Part shown: positions 7,758 to 17,325 of the stretch, piece by piece | How positions within the stretch are numbered: the first letter of the stretch is position 1 | Layout: each line of letters opens with the position of its first letter | Origin: Sphaerochaetaceae bacterium | GTDB taxonomy: Bacteria > Spirochaetota > Spirochaetia > Sphaerochaetales > Sphaerochaetaceae | Length of the DNA stretch: 64,000 bases | Reading direction: 5' to 3' | NCBI GenBank assembly: GCA_963677695.2 | Contig: CAXXUJ010000002.1 | Span: 484,777-548,776 of the forward strand | Translations under genes and position numbers: made by a program | The notes under the pieces: model-generated | The model's input: only the letters and a program-made list of their open reading frames with translations | Told to the model about the DNA's origin: nothing | The model's database searches: none

Positions 7758-9560
7758 ATGGCGAAAATATCTCAAAATGTATTGGAAGAAATTAAAACCC
7801 GTCTCACTCTTGTTGAACTTGTATCGAAGTATCTGACGCTGAACAGAAAAGGCGACAGGTACTGGGGACTCTGTCCTTTTCATGAAGAAAAATCACCCTC
7901 CTTTTCTGTCGTGCCCGATAAGGGCTTCTTTCACTGCTTCGGCTGCGGGAAGAGCGGAAGCCTGTTTGATTTCCACATGGAGATGGAACATCTCTCCTTT
8001 CCTGAATCGGTACGTGCCCTTGCCGAGTCCTTAGGCATTCAGATCGAGGAAGAGAATCCCCTTGAAAAGAAAAAAAGGAACGAGAGGGAAATCCTCAGCG
8101 AACTCTACACGAAACTCGCCGCCTCCTTCCATTATATTTTCACCTCCTCTCCCTCGGGAGAAAAGGGGCGCTCCTATCTTGCTGAACGGGGAATCGATGA
8201 TGAACTTGTGAAGAATTACCAGATCGGCTATGCTCCCGAGGATCCCTCCTGGCTCTACTCCTTCCTTCAGAAGAAAAATTATTCTGATTCGCTCCTGAGA
8301 AACTCAGGACTGTTCACCAGGAACGGACATTTTTATCCGCTGTTCAGGGACAGAGTCATGTTCCCGATCAGGACATGGAAGGGGGAAGTGGTCGCCTTCG
8401 GCGGAAGAGATATAAGCGGGAACAGCAAAGCGAAATACATCAACACACCTGAAATACCAATTTTTAAGAAGAGGGAAGTGATGTTCGGCCTCTATGAGGC
8501 ACTTCCTTCCATGAAGAAAACGGGCAGTGCCATCCTCTGTGAGGGATATTTCGATGTCCTTGCACTGGCACGTTCAGGAGCAGGTCATGCCTGTGCTCCG
8601 ATGGGTACTGCATTTACTCCTGAACAGGGAAAGCTGCTGAAACGATATGTTCCGAAGATACATACTCTTTTCGATTCCGATACCGCAGGACAGGAAGCTA
8701 CAAAGAAAGCAATGATCGTCTGTGAGCAGGTAGGCCTTGAGAGCAGTGTCATCACATTGAAAGGTGCTAAGGATCCAGATGAATATCTCTCTTCCTTCGG
8801 TGCTGATGAACTTCGGAAGGCGGTAGGAACCTCCACCGGAGGATTCGATTATCTTGTACATTCTGCAAAGTTAGTGTATGATAGCAATAAGGCTACGGGA
8901 AAGTTGCAGATATTACAGGAACTTACACCATATTTGAATGCCGTTGACTCACAGATTGTTCGGCAGACGTATCTGCACGAGCTGTCGCGTCATCTGCAGC
9001 TGGATGAGTCGGCTCTTTTGTATGATTTCAATCAGGAGAGCAGAAATACACATGTACAGAAAGGAGAAAGGGAACACACAACTCAGAAAGAGGTGCCTCA
9101 GGACATCAATGTTGCACATGTCCCTACAGACCTTTATCTCATGCTCATTGTCATGAATAACCGGGAACTGTTTGCTGTGGTAAGGAACAGAGTCCCTTTA
9201 GAGACGCTTGATGACAAAAGGGCTGTAGCACTCTATACACTTCTTGAAAACAGTATGCGTGATGGAACAACTTCGAGCACAGAAATAATCTTATCGATGA
9301 TAGAAGACAGTCGTCTCCGCAATCTGGTAGCCTCAAGTTTTATTCACGATGAGTTTTCCGAGAATGCAGAAAAAGCCGCTGATGAGTTGATGAATAGAAT
9401 ATCTCTTCGTACATTGAAAAGAGAGCAGAAGAAGATAGAGCACCTGATTTCCATTGCAGCCCGCGAGGGAGCGCGTGACGGTGATCTTTCCCAGCTTCTG
9501 TATGACAAAAAAGGAATTGATGAAGATATAGCCCAGCTGTTGAAAAAGACAGTGAAGTAG
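7758..9560 (+). CDS. dnaG: DNA primase
   Basis: 600 aa. Zinc-finger CPFHEEKSPSFSV...FHCFGCGKSG, then a TOPRIM region (ILCEGYFDVLAL...FDSDTAGQEA). Confidence 0.96.
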   Translation: MAKISQNVLEEIKTRLTLVELVSKYLTLNRKGDRYWGLCPFHEEKSPSFSVVPDKGFFHCFGCGKSGSLFDFHMEMEHLSFPESVRALAESLGIQIEEENPLEKKKRNEREILSELYTKLAASFHYIFTSSPSGEKGRSYLAERGIDDELVKNYQIGYAPEDPSWLYSFLQKKNYSDSLLRNSGLFTRNGHFYPLFRDRVMFPIRTWKGEVVAFGGRDISGNSKAKYINTPEIPIFKKREVMFGLYEALPSMKKTGSAILCEGYFDVLALARSGAGHACAPMGTAFTPEQGKLLKRYVPKIHTLFDSDTAGQEATKKAMIVCEQVGLESSVITLKGAKDPDEYLSSFGADELRKAVGTSTGGFDYLVHSAKLVYDSNKATGKLQILQELTPYLNAVDSQIVRQTYLHELSRHLQLDESALLYDFNQESRNTHVQKGEREHTTQKEVPQDINVAHVPTDLYLMLIVMNNRELFAVVRNRVPLETLDDKRAVALYTLLENSMRDGTTSSTEIILSMIEDSRLRNLVASSFIHDEFSENAEKAADELMNRISLRTLKREQKKIEHLISIAAREGARDGDLSQLLYDKKGIDEDIAQLLKKTVK

Positions 9561-9577
9561 TTGCTTGAGAAGAAAGG

Positions 9578-9610
9578 AGACCTTGTCTGCTGATTATGGC
9601 GGACAGGTCT
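9578..9610 (+). promoter_or_regulatory. imperfect hairpin between dnaG and rpoD
   Basis: AGACCTTGTCTGC / GCGGACAGGTCT, about 12 bp with one bulge and one G-U pair, and an 8-nt loop. It ends 7 nt before the putative GTG start of rpoD and has no U-tract. Confidence 0.3.
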
Positions 9611-9617
9611 TTGTGAC

Positions 9618-11486
9618 GTGGATGGGAGAGAGTTGTTGAAACCGCTGGATACTGTGCCTGCAGTGAATAATGACGATACGCCTGATAAAACTATCTTGGA
9701 GGAAGATTTGCTCGAAGAACATATAGATAACGAAGAAGAACTCGAAGAAGAAGAAATCCTTGATGAAGAAATGGATGATGTAGATTCCATGGATGATGAT
9801 TCGATGAATGAAATCGATGACGAGGAAAATCTCCCCTCTGATGACGATATGCTTGAAAAGGATGATGACGATGATTCGTCGGATTCATCCGAAGATGATG
9901 ACGACGACGATGAAGATGAGGAAGAAGACGAAGAGGATGAAGATGATTCCTCGGATGATGACTCCTCACGGAATAAGAGTTCAGGCAGAACTGTTCTCGG
10001 ATCAGACAAGAGCGATTCCTCTGTGGATGATCCAATCCGTCTTTATCTCAGAGAAATCGGGAGAGAGAGTCTCCTCAATGCAGAACAGGAAGTCGAACTT
10101 TCGAAAAGAATGGAAGAAGGGGCTGAGATCATCAAGGAGGTCATCATAACTTCCGGTGTGATGATCACAAGCTTTGCAGATATTTCTGAAGTCACCTTTG
10201 CACAGTTCGATGATGAGGAACTTGAATTCTCACAGAAGCAGCTGAAAGAGAAGCTTTCAGATCAGAAAAGGTACCTGGCCAGTTACCGTGATATCCTGAA
10301 AGATATCCAGAATCCGCTGAAAACCTACTCTGAACAGAAAAAGAAGCTGCTTGCATCAGGAAATGAACTCAGTAAGGATGAAGCGCTCCAGAAAAAGCGG
10401 GTTACCATTCTGAAGAAACTTTCCAAGATCGTCCTGCAGCCTGAGGAAGTGACGAGTATTTCTCAGAAATATGTGGAAGCTGAACAGACAATCATCTCAT
10501 TACAGAACAAGAAGAGCAGTATTGAACTCAGACTGGGCATCAATAATGCGAAAGACTTGAGAAATCTCGGCCGATCACTCGCTGTACCCACTCAGAGGGC
10601 AGAAGTTGAAAAGCGACTGAACCTGAGCAGCGACAGTATTAAAGATCTGATCAGAGAAGTTCAGCTCACTGAAAAGGCTCTGAGACAGATTGAGTTCAAA
10701 TTTGAAGAGAACTGTAACGAAATCATTTCCAGTGCAAAAGAGATTATGAGAGGACGTGAAATGATGAAGAGTGCTAAGGACCGTCTTATCCAGGCGAACC
10801 TGCGACTCGTCGTTTCAATTGCAAAGAAATATACCAACCGCGGTCTTCATTTCTTCGACCTTGTTCAGGAAGGTAATATCGGTCTGATCAAGGCAGTAGA
10901 GAAATTCGAGTATCGGAAAGGATATAAATTCTCGACCTATGCGACATGGTGGATCAGACAGGCCATCACCAGAAGTATTTCTGACCAGGCAAGAACGATC
11001 CGTGTTCCTGTCCATATGATTGAACAGATCAACAAGGTCGTACGTGAATCAAGAATGCTTATGCAGGCCTACGGCAGAGAACCTACCGATGAGGAAATTG
11101 CTGAAAAGCTCGGATGGACAGCACCGAAGGTGAAGGCGGTCAAGAATGTCGCCCGTGAACCTATAAGTCTCGAAACTCCGGTCGGTGAAGAGGAAGATTC
11201 TCTTCTCAGTGATTTCATTGAAGACAAAGATGTGGAAAACCCTGCAAATCAGACAGCGTTCCGTCTCCTTCAGGAACAGCTTGAGGACGTGCTTCACACT
11301 CTTCCCCCAAGGGAGCAGGAAGTATTGAAGATGAGATTCGGTCTTGAAGACGGATACTCATTGACACTCGAGGAAGTTGGACTGTATTTTCAGGTAACAA
11401 GGGAAAGAATCAGGCAGATTGAGGCGAAGGCTTTGAGAAGACTGAGACACCCGAAACGTAGTAGAAGATTAAAAGACTTTTTATAA
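9618..11486 (+). CDS. rpoD: RNA polymerase primary sigma factor (sigma70/RpoD) with a hyper-acidic N-terminal region
   Basis: Region 1.2 [11 protein letters not shown], region 2 motifs ([55 protein letters not shown]) and region 4 ([29 protein letters not shown]). The start is non-ATG: GTG at 9618 is the first in-frame start after the stop at 9591, and TTG at 9633/9636 is an alternative. Confidence 0.95.
   Translation: MDGRELLKPLDTVPAVNNDDTPDKTILEEDLLEEHIDNEEELEEEEILDEEMDDVDSMDDDSMNEIDDEENLPSDDDMLEKDDDDDSSDSSEDDDDDDEDEEEDEEDEDDSSDDDSSRNKSSGRTVLGSDKSDSSVDDPIRLYLREIGRESLLNAEQEVELSKRMEEGAEIIKEVIITSGVMITSFADISEVTFAQFDDEELEFSQKQLKEKLSDQKRYLASYRDILKDIQNPLKTYSEQKKKLLASGNELSKDEALQKKRVTILKKLSKIVLQPEEVTSISQKYVEAEQTIISLQNKKSSIELRLGINNAKDLRNLGRSLAVPTQRAEVEKRLNLSSDSIKDLIREVQLTEKALRQIEFKFEENCNEIISSAKEIMRGREMMKSAKDRLIQANLRLVVSIAKKYTNRGLHFFDLVQEGNIGLIKAVEKFEYRKGYKFSTYATWWIRQAITRSISDQARTIRVPVHMIEQINKVVRESRMLMQAYGREPTDEEIAEKLGWTAPKVKAVKNVAREPISLETPVGEEEDSLLSDFIEDKDVENPANQTAFRLLQEQLEDVLHTLPPREQEVLKMRFGLEDGYSLTLEEVGLYFQVTRERIRQIEAKALRRLRHPKRSRRLKDFL
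9672..9968 (+). repeat. GAW-rich low-complexity coding tract (D/E/S-rich, about 100 codons) inside rpoD
   Basis: Translates to DDTPDK...[16 protein letters not shown]...[36 protein letters not shown]. The DNA is runs of GAA/GAT/GAC/GAG. Confidence 0.9.
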
Positions 11487-11507
11487 TAGTTGGATCAGGA
11501 GAAGAGT

Positions 11508-12314
11508 ATGCACGACATATATGATAAGCTGAGAGACCTTCAGAGCATTCTTGCTAAGAAGTTCAGTGTTCTTGAGGAGATCGTTGAAATCCCGAGAACC
11601 CTTGAAACAAAGGAAGAACTCCTGAATAGAGGAAAGAAACTCTATTTGGAAAAGCATGAAAAAATTCAGAAGACCAGTGAAGAATTGAAAAACCTTCGTT
11701 TTTCACTTGATGAGGCTGAAGTAGCTCGAGAGAACTATGAAAAGCAGATGGAAGTAATCTCAACACAGAGAGAGTATGAAGCTCTTGAGAAAGAAATTGC
11801 AGATGCTTCACTGAAAGAACAGTCACTCAGAAAATCTCTTCTTGCCAAGGAAAAATATCTTGGTGAACTTCAGGAACAGCTGGAAGAACATGAGCAGCTC
11901 ATGGAAATCCAGGAAGAAGAAGTTCAGAATGAAACGAAGAAGAAGGACGAACTTCTTGCTGAGAAGCAGAAGGAGATCGATGAACTCACAGAACAGGAGA
12001 AAGACCTTACTCCCGGAATCGATGAGAGCATTCTTTTCAAGTTCGAACGTATTATCAAGAATAAGTCCGGAGTCGGTATCGTTCCGATTCACGGAATTGT
12101 CTGTCAGGGTTGTCACATGACTCTTCCTGTACAGTTTGTGAATGACGTACGGAAGAATGAAGAATTTAAATTCTGTCCCTACTGTTCACGTGTACTCTTC
12201 TATGAAGATGTCCAGGATACCGGCCTTGCAGCTGCTGCTGGAGATGTCGAGATAGAAGAGGGCGGTCTCTCAGATTTCGTCGATGCAGATGAATTCGGAG
12301 ATCTTCTCGATTAA
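11508..12314 (+). CDS. coiled-coil protein with a C4 zinc-ribbon domain (COG1579 / DUF164-like)
   Basis: ATG at 11508 follows AGGAGAAG. A long coiled coil is followed by CQGCHMTLP...FKFCPYCSRVLF. This architecture matches the COG1579 family (for example H. pylori HP0958). It has an acidic C-terminal tail. Confidence 0.8.
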   Translation: MHDIYDKLRDLQSILAKKFSVLEEIVEIPRTLETKEELLNRGKKLYLEKHEKIQKTSEELKNLRFSLDEAEVARENYEKQMEVISTQREYEALEKEIADASLKEQSLRKSLLAKEKYLGELQEQLEEHEQLMEIQEEEVQNETKKKDELLAEKQKEIDELTEQEKDLTPGIDESILFKFERIIKNKSGVGIVPIHGIVCQGCHMTLPVQFVNDVRKNEEFKFCPYCSRVLFYEDVQDTGLAAAAGDVEIEEGGLSDFVDADEFGDLLD

Positions 12315-12325
12315 TTGAATATTTT

Positions 12326-12665
12326 TGGTGGACCATGCAGTCGCCGGTAGGAGCAATCCTTCGGGAGGAAAGTCCGGGCTCCATAGGACATGATGCCGGG
12401 TAACACCCGGGAGCCGTAAGGCTATAGAAAGTGCCGCAGAAAATATACCGCCTCTCCGTAAGGGGAGGTAAGGGTGAAATGGCGAGGTAAGAGCTCACCG
12501 CGAACTCTGGTAACAGAGTCGGCAGGGTAAACCTCATCAGGAGCAAGATCAAGTATGCAGGGGGGCTGTCCGTCCGTTCCCTGCGGGTAGGTCGCTCGAG
12601 CATACCGGTAACGGTATGCCTAGATAGATGACTGCATAACACAGAACCCGGCTTATGGTCCACCA
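12326..12665 (+). ncRNA. rnpB: RNase P RNA, bacterial type A
   Basis: Universally conserved blocks GGAGGAAAGTCCGGGCTCCATAGG and ACAGAACCCGGCTTAT are present. The terminal helix TGGTGGACCAT / ATGGTCCACCA closes the molecule at about 340 nt. Confidence 0.93.
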
Positions 12666-12689
12666 ATTCATTACAAAGCTGAGACTCAA

Positions 12690-15173
12690 TTGAAAACAAT
12701 AGACATAATTGAAACACTAGGAAATAAACTCCTGCAGATAGAGCAGCCCGCTCGCTACACCGCCGGTGAATACCGGTTCGGTCCGGTCCCCACCCTTACT
12801 GATGAATCGTTTACTGCCGGACTCTGCTTCCCTGACCTCTACGAGATCGGGATGTCGAATAACGCTATCCGTATTCTCTATAATCTTTTACAGAATATAG
12901 ATAACGTTGTCTGCGACCATGTATTTTCCGTAGCTCCCGACTTCGAGGAACTTCTTAGGAAGGAGAACCTTCCCCTTTCAACCCTCTACCATGGAATCCC
13001 GTTGAAAGATCTCGATTTTCTCGGTTTTTCCATAGGGTATGAACTTGCCGCCACCAATATTCTTCAGGTTCTTGATCTTGCAGGAATCCCGTTCCATTAT
13101 GAGGACCGAGGGGATGATGATCCCATCATTATTGCAGGGGGACCTGCTATCACAAATCCTCTCCCGTTTGCTCCATTCTTTGATTTCGTTTTCATAGGTG
13201 AAGCGGAAAACGGCCTCGCTGATATCATCAGAACTATTCAGTCCCTGAAGCAGGAGGGTAAGAATAGGGGAGAGATCAAGGAAATCCTGAAACAAGCCTA
13301 CTCTATGCTCTGGTGCGAGGATAAGAAAAGAACGTACCGAGCCATAGATGATGACTTTTCTGAAAATGAAGCGGTCTTGTTTGACCATTATGTGCTTCCC
13401 GCCTTCAGAGTTGCACAGGACCACGGTGTTGTAGAAATCATGAGAGGCTGCCCGAACGGCTGCCGGTTCTGCCACGCAGGACAGTTCTACAAACCGTTCA
13501 GACAGAAATCATTAGATACCATTTATAAAGAAACTCGCCAGCAGGTACAGGACTTCGGCTATAGAGAAGTCACACTCTCATCACTCTCTTCAGGGGACCA
13601 TCCCCAGTTGAAAGAGATAATTGAGGAACTGAACGATGATTTTTCTCCCTATCATATTTCTTTCTCCCTTCCTTCACTGAAAGTGAGCACCTTCAACCTC
13701 GGCCTGCTTGAACGATTGAATGAAGTTAGGAAGAGCGGACTTACCTTTGCTATCGAAACACCGATGAGCGAATGGCAGAGATCTGTCAACAAGGAAGTCC
13801 CCCTCGATACAGTTATTGAGATCATCAGGGAAGCAAAGAAGAGAGGCTGGAAGCTGGCGAAGTTCTATTTCATGGTAGGTATGCCATTCACCGATACAGA
13901 AACCGAAGGCGCTGCCATCGTTGAATTCCTGAGAGCAGTGAAATCAGCAACCAATATCGGGATGAATATAAACATAGGGACCTTCATTCCGAAACCTCAT
14001 ACACCGTATCAGTGGGCACCGCAGCTTTCCCTTGAGATATCAAAAGATCATCTCCACGCAATCAAGAAAGAGATTTCTCAGGAGATTAAGGGCGCCAAGG
14101 TTTCATACCACGCACCAATGATCTCCTATATCGAAGGGATCATCTCACGAGGCGATAGAAACGTCTCAAGGATGATAGAAAGAGCGTATGCTAACGGGTG
14201 CAGACTTGATGCATGGCAGGAACATTTCAAGAAGGATGTCTGGTTAGAAGCCATAGAGGAAGAAGGTATTGATGTTACATCAATCCTGTACACTCCCTAC
14301 GATCTCGAACACGATCTCCCATGGGATTCCATTTCCATGAGAGTATCAAAGCAGTTCATGAAACAGGAATGGCTGAGAGCAGAAAACCGTGAGTTGACTC
14401 CCGTATGTCTTGAAGATTGTATAAATCCCTGTGGTTCCTGCACTCCTGAACACAAGGTTGTGCCGGCAGAAGAGGAGATCGCTGAAGTTCCCGAAGAGAT
14501 TCGAATTGCGAAGCCTGAGTATCGTGAAAAACCGATATCGTCTATTGTGTTCCTTTATGAAAAGAGCGGTAAAGCAGTCTATCTTTCTCATATTTCAGCT
14601 ATGAGGGCGATGGAACAAACCTTCCAGCGTGCCGGTATACCTGTGGCCTTCACCGAAGGATATAATCCTAAACCTAGAATGGAGTTCGTTCATCCCCTGG
14701 CCACCGGAGTCAGCGGATCACAGGAAGTCCTCGGTATCCTGGCCCATGGTGCTGATGAACTTGACGTGGATGCTACGATCAATACACTCAATGCTCATGC
14801 GCCTGAAGGGTTCAACTTCCATACCATGATCGTCCTGAAGGACGGGATGAGGACAACTCTCAGCAAGTACCATACCGGTGCAATGTACACGATCAATAAG
14901 ATAACTGATGAAATCTACAGTGAACACCTGCGGAACCTGAGCTGTGCATGCTCCAAAGATATTACGGTTTCCCGTCTGGCGATAGGAGGAGTGGAGGAAT
15001 TCAGTGTGTACGTGAAGGGTCAGAAGAACCCGGTAAAGGCACTGTTCCCCGAGCACAAGGATAAATTCAAAGTGCTCTCAGAAATGAACATTCATCGCGA
15101 TTTTCTTACCACAGGTGAAAAGGATGGCGATCTCGTCAAGTATCAGCAGCTACTGGAAGATCTGCAGAAATAG
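12690..15173 (+). CDS. B12-binding-domain radical SAM protein fused to a DUF2344-like C-terminal domain (TIGR03960 + TIGR03936 type)
   Basis: 827 aa with a TTG start. Radical SAM cluster motif CPNGCRFCHAGQFY. The C-terminal roughly 230 aa (YLSHISAMRAMEQTFQRAGIPVAFTEGYNPKPRMEF) matches the radical-SAM-linked DUF2344 family as I remember it. Confidence 0.82.
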   Translation: MKTIDIIETLGNKLLQIEQPARYTAGEYRFGPVPTLTDESFTAGLCFPDLYEIGMSNNAIRILYNLLQNIDNVVCDHVFSVAPDFEELLRKENLPLSTLYHGIPLKDLDFLGFSIGYELAATNILQVLDLAGIPFHYEDRGDDDPIIIAGGPAITNPLPFAPFFDFVFIGEAENGLADIIRTIQSLKQEGKNRGEIKEILKQAYSMLWCEDKKRTYRAIDDDFSENEAVLFDHYVLPAFRVAQDHGVVEIMRGCPNGCRFCHAGQFYKPFRQKSLDTIYKETRQQVQDFGYREVTLSSLSSGDHPQLKEIIEELNDDFSPYHISFSLPSLKVSTFNLGLLERLNEVRKSGLTFAIETPMSEWQRSVNKEVPLDTVIEIIREAKKRGWKLAKFYFMVGMPFTDTETEGAAIVEFLRAVKSATNIGMNINIGTFIPKPHTPYQWAPQLSLEISKDHLHAIKKEISQEIKGAKVSYHAPMISYIEGIISRGDRNVSRMIERAYANGCRLDAWQEHFKKDVWLEAIEEEGIDVTSILYTPYDLEHDLPWDSISMRVSKQFMKQEWLRAENRELTPVCLEDCINPCGSCTPEHKVVPAEEEIAEVPEEIRIAKPEYREKPISSIVFLYEKSGKAVYLSHISAMRAMEQTFQRAGIPVAFTEGYNPKPRMEFVHPLATGVSGSQEVLGILAHGADELDVDATINTLNAHAPEGFNFHTMIVLKDGMRTTLSKYHTGAMYTINKITDEIYSEHLRNLSCACSKDITVSRLAIGGVEEFSVYVKGQKNPVKALFPEHKDKFKVLSEMNIHRDFLTTGEKDGDLVKYQQLLEDLQK

Positions 15174-15201
15174 GAACAAAAAATTTTAAAGGGGAGGGGG
15201 A

Positions 15202-16023
15202 TTATTCCTCCTCCTTTATTGCATCCCAGATATCATTCAGCTTATCAGCATTACTGTAATGAAGTTCGATATCCTTTTCCTTTGACTGAGCGTAGAGAAG
15301 ATTGAATCTGTTCTGAACTTTTCTATTTGTTCTGCGAAGGGCTATCTGCGGATCGATTTTCATGTAGCGTGCAAGATTGACAACGGAGAATAGAAGATCT
15401 CCAATTTCTTCTTCCACATGATCCTTATCCATTTCATCACCTTCATGGATAGCTTCCCTCACTTCCTCAAGTTCTTCTTCAATTTTTTCTATCACACCAG
15501 CTACATCGGGCCAATCGAAACCGAGTTTCTTCATGATCTTCTGAACTTCAAATGCATGGGCAAGCTGCGGAAGCTGCTGAGGTATTTTTGAAAACAGATC
15601 CTCAGAATCAAGTTTCTTTCCTTCAACATCAGTTTTTACCTTATCCCAGAGGGAGAGTACTGAATCAACATCATCCGCCTGGGCGTCAGAGAATACATGA
15701 GGATGTCTTCTGACGAGCTTTGCGGACACTTCGTTGATGGAATCAACAGGATTGAAATTCTGTTCTTCTTCATTAATTCTATAAGACATAAAGACATTGA
15801 GAAGAACATCACCAAGCTCTTCTCTCATGCTATCAGTATTTCCATCCAGGATCCCGTCGATATATTCATAGGTTTCATCCAGAATCGCAGAAGAAACGGT
15901 CTTCGGAGTCTGTTTACGGTCCCAGGGGCAGCCGTCCTCGCTTCTCAGGAGGGTGACAATATGATAAAGCTGTGAGAGAGCGTCCTGCAGGTTATCTGTA
16001 TTCTTATATTCGTAATTGATCAT
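15202..16023 (-). CDS. mazG: nucleoside triphosphate pyrophosphohydrolase MazG (tandem MazG domains)
   Basis: 273 aa. Motifs CPWDRKQT, EETYEY-like (DETYEYIDG), EELGDVLLNV and a second EEIGDLLFSVVNLARY. Confidence 0.9.
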   Translation of the reverse strand: MINYEYKNTDNLQDALSQLYHIVTLLRSEDGCPWDRKQTPKTVSSAILDETYEYIDGILDGNTDSMREELGDVLLNVFMSYRINEEEQNFNPVDSINEVSAKLVRRHPHVFSDAQADDVDSVLSLWDKVKTDVEGKKLDSEDLFSKIPQQLPQLAHAFEVQKIMKKLGFDWPDVAGVIEKIEEELEEVREAIHEGDEMDKDHVEEEIGDLLFSVVNLARYMKIDPQIALRRTNRKVQNRFNLLYAQSKEKDIELHYSNADKLNDIWDAIKEEE

Positions 16024-16211
16024 GAACAGAAGTATACCTGTTTCAAACCATTTAGAGAACTGCTTATAAAACTCATAATCACCTTTATATATCAGAAATC
16101 CTTTTCTATGAAATAATTATCTTTCCTTGACAGGAGCAAGTTCATCGCTCACCATAAGATATCATGAAATTATTCATGGATGATTCACAACAACCCAAGG
16201 AGGAGGAAGGA

Positions 16212-17174
16212 ATGAAAGCTTTGAAGGTAATTGTATTACTCATTCTATCTTTAGTTTTCGTAGTCTACGGCTTGGCTTTTATGATCAGTCAAGGAGTATC
16301 AGGTACACTGCTCACTCAGGAATACTACCATACAATCGTAAGTGATAATAATCTCGGAACCATTGCGCATGATCAGATTGCCGCGATGATCCCCGATATC
16401 GTCTCTGAGGGAGTCACCGGAGGAGCAACGATATCTGATCCAGCTCAGAAAGCTGCCGTGGAGGCTCAGATAGACCTTATTTCGGGCGCGATCATAGATT
16501 CTCTTGATGAATCTTGGATAAGTGAACAGGCGGCTATGATAACGGATGACCTTGTGAACAGCCTGAATTCAGCAGATGTTTCTTCTTTAACGGCAAAAAT
16601 TGATATGACTGATAGATTAGAACTCATTAAGGAGAAAATTGCCGAAGGACTCGACAAGTATTCAGATGCTGAACTCATGGCGATGTTCGGAGCTCCAAAA
16701 GCGTATATACCGGTCATCTCTGAACAGATCGTTGATAAGCTGGGATTACCTGATTCACTCGCTGTCGGTGATCTTGTTGAATCAGCCGCTCCTGGAGTGA
16801 TTCCCATGATCAAGGGTTACCTCGGTATGATGCAGGCATATCTTGGAAATATCATACTTCTTGTTGTTGTCATCGTCTATCTTGTACTCTGTATGCTCCT
16901 GTTCAAAGTTTCCGGCGGACTTATCTGGTTCGGTATCTCAACAGCCATCTCAGGTGGACTTTTCATGTTTGTGACAAATTTCGCAGGAAATATGGGACGA
17001 ATAAGTTCTATGACAGGAATGGATATGTCTTCTTTGCCTGTACCTTCTGATCTTATACAGAATATTGTCTCCTTCACATTCGGTGAAATGAACAGATTAC
17101 CAATTATAGTTATTGCTGTCGGTATTGTGTGTGTAATTTTAGGAATAATTTTTTCAAAAAAGAAATCTGCATAA
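16212..17174 (+). CDS. hypothetical integral membrane protein
   Basis: The ORF is open from 16164, but the Met at 16212 follows a strong SD (AAGGAGGAGGAAGGA). It has an N-terminal TM helix, a roughly 190-aa soluble region and 3-4 C-terminal TM helices. No family recognised. Confidence 0.6.
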   Translation: MKALKVIVLLILSLVFVVYGLAFMISQGVSGTLLTQEYYHTIVSDNNLGTIAHDQIAAMIPDIVSEGVTGGATISDPAQKAAVEAQIDLISGAIIDSLDESWISEQAAMITDDLVNSLNSADVSSLTAKIDMTDRLELIKEKIAEGLDKYSDAELMAMFGAPKAYIPVISEQIVDKLGLPDSLAVGDLVESAAPGVIPMIKGYLGMMQAYLGNIILLVVVIVYLVLCMLLFKVSGGLIWFGISTAISGGLFMFVTNFAGNMGRISSMTGMDMSSLPVPSDLIQNIVSFTFGEMNRLPIIVIAVGIVCVILGIIFSKKKSA

Positions 17175-17198
17175 TAGCAACGGATGCCAGAAGAATTT

Positions 17199-17236
17199 AG
17201 CGTGTGTGGGATGTATATTTCATGCACGCTTTTTTA
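17199..17236 (+). terminator. intrinsic terminator after the 16212-17174 gene
   Basis: AGCGTGTGT / ATGCACGCT forms a stem of 6 Watson-Crick pairs plus 2 G-U plus 1 more pair, with a 14-nt loop. TTTTT follows (17231-17235). Confidence 0.5.
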
Positions 17237-17325
17237 TAGAAATACGTTCCTAAGAGCATGTAACATGTTACTTGTTAATCACATACCCTAGTTTACAGAA
17301 TATACATTATATACATTAAGCTGGA

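Noticed and set aside
9344-10009. A 221-aa serine-rich ORF on the minus strand ([12 protein letters not shown]...).
   Set aside because: It is the antisense reading of the GAW-rich acidic tract of rpoD and the 3' end of dnaG (GAA/GAT read backwards as TTC/ATC/TCx). Both sense genes are unambiguous. The ORF is a low-complexity artefact.
12166-12717. A 183-aa minus-strand ORF.
   Set aside because: It covers the RNase P RNA gene on the opposite strand. The region has the universal rnpB conserved blocks and closing helix, so the ORF is spurious.
15174-15201. A G-rich/C-rich inverted repeat (GGGGAGGGGG...CCTCCTCC) between the radical SAM gene and mazG.
   Set aside because: The pairing is only partial, and the 3' arm lies within the mazG stop region. 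It may act as a weak bidirectional terminator, but I could not draw a convincing stem plus U-tract.
17260-17271. A perfect 12-bp palindrome, GTAACATGTTAC, in the convergent spacer.
   Set aside because: A 6+6 perfect palindrome is expected roughly once per 4 kb by chance (about 16 per window). There is no second copy and no obvious cognate regulator gene nearby.
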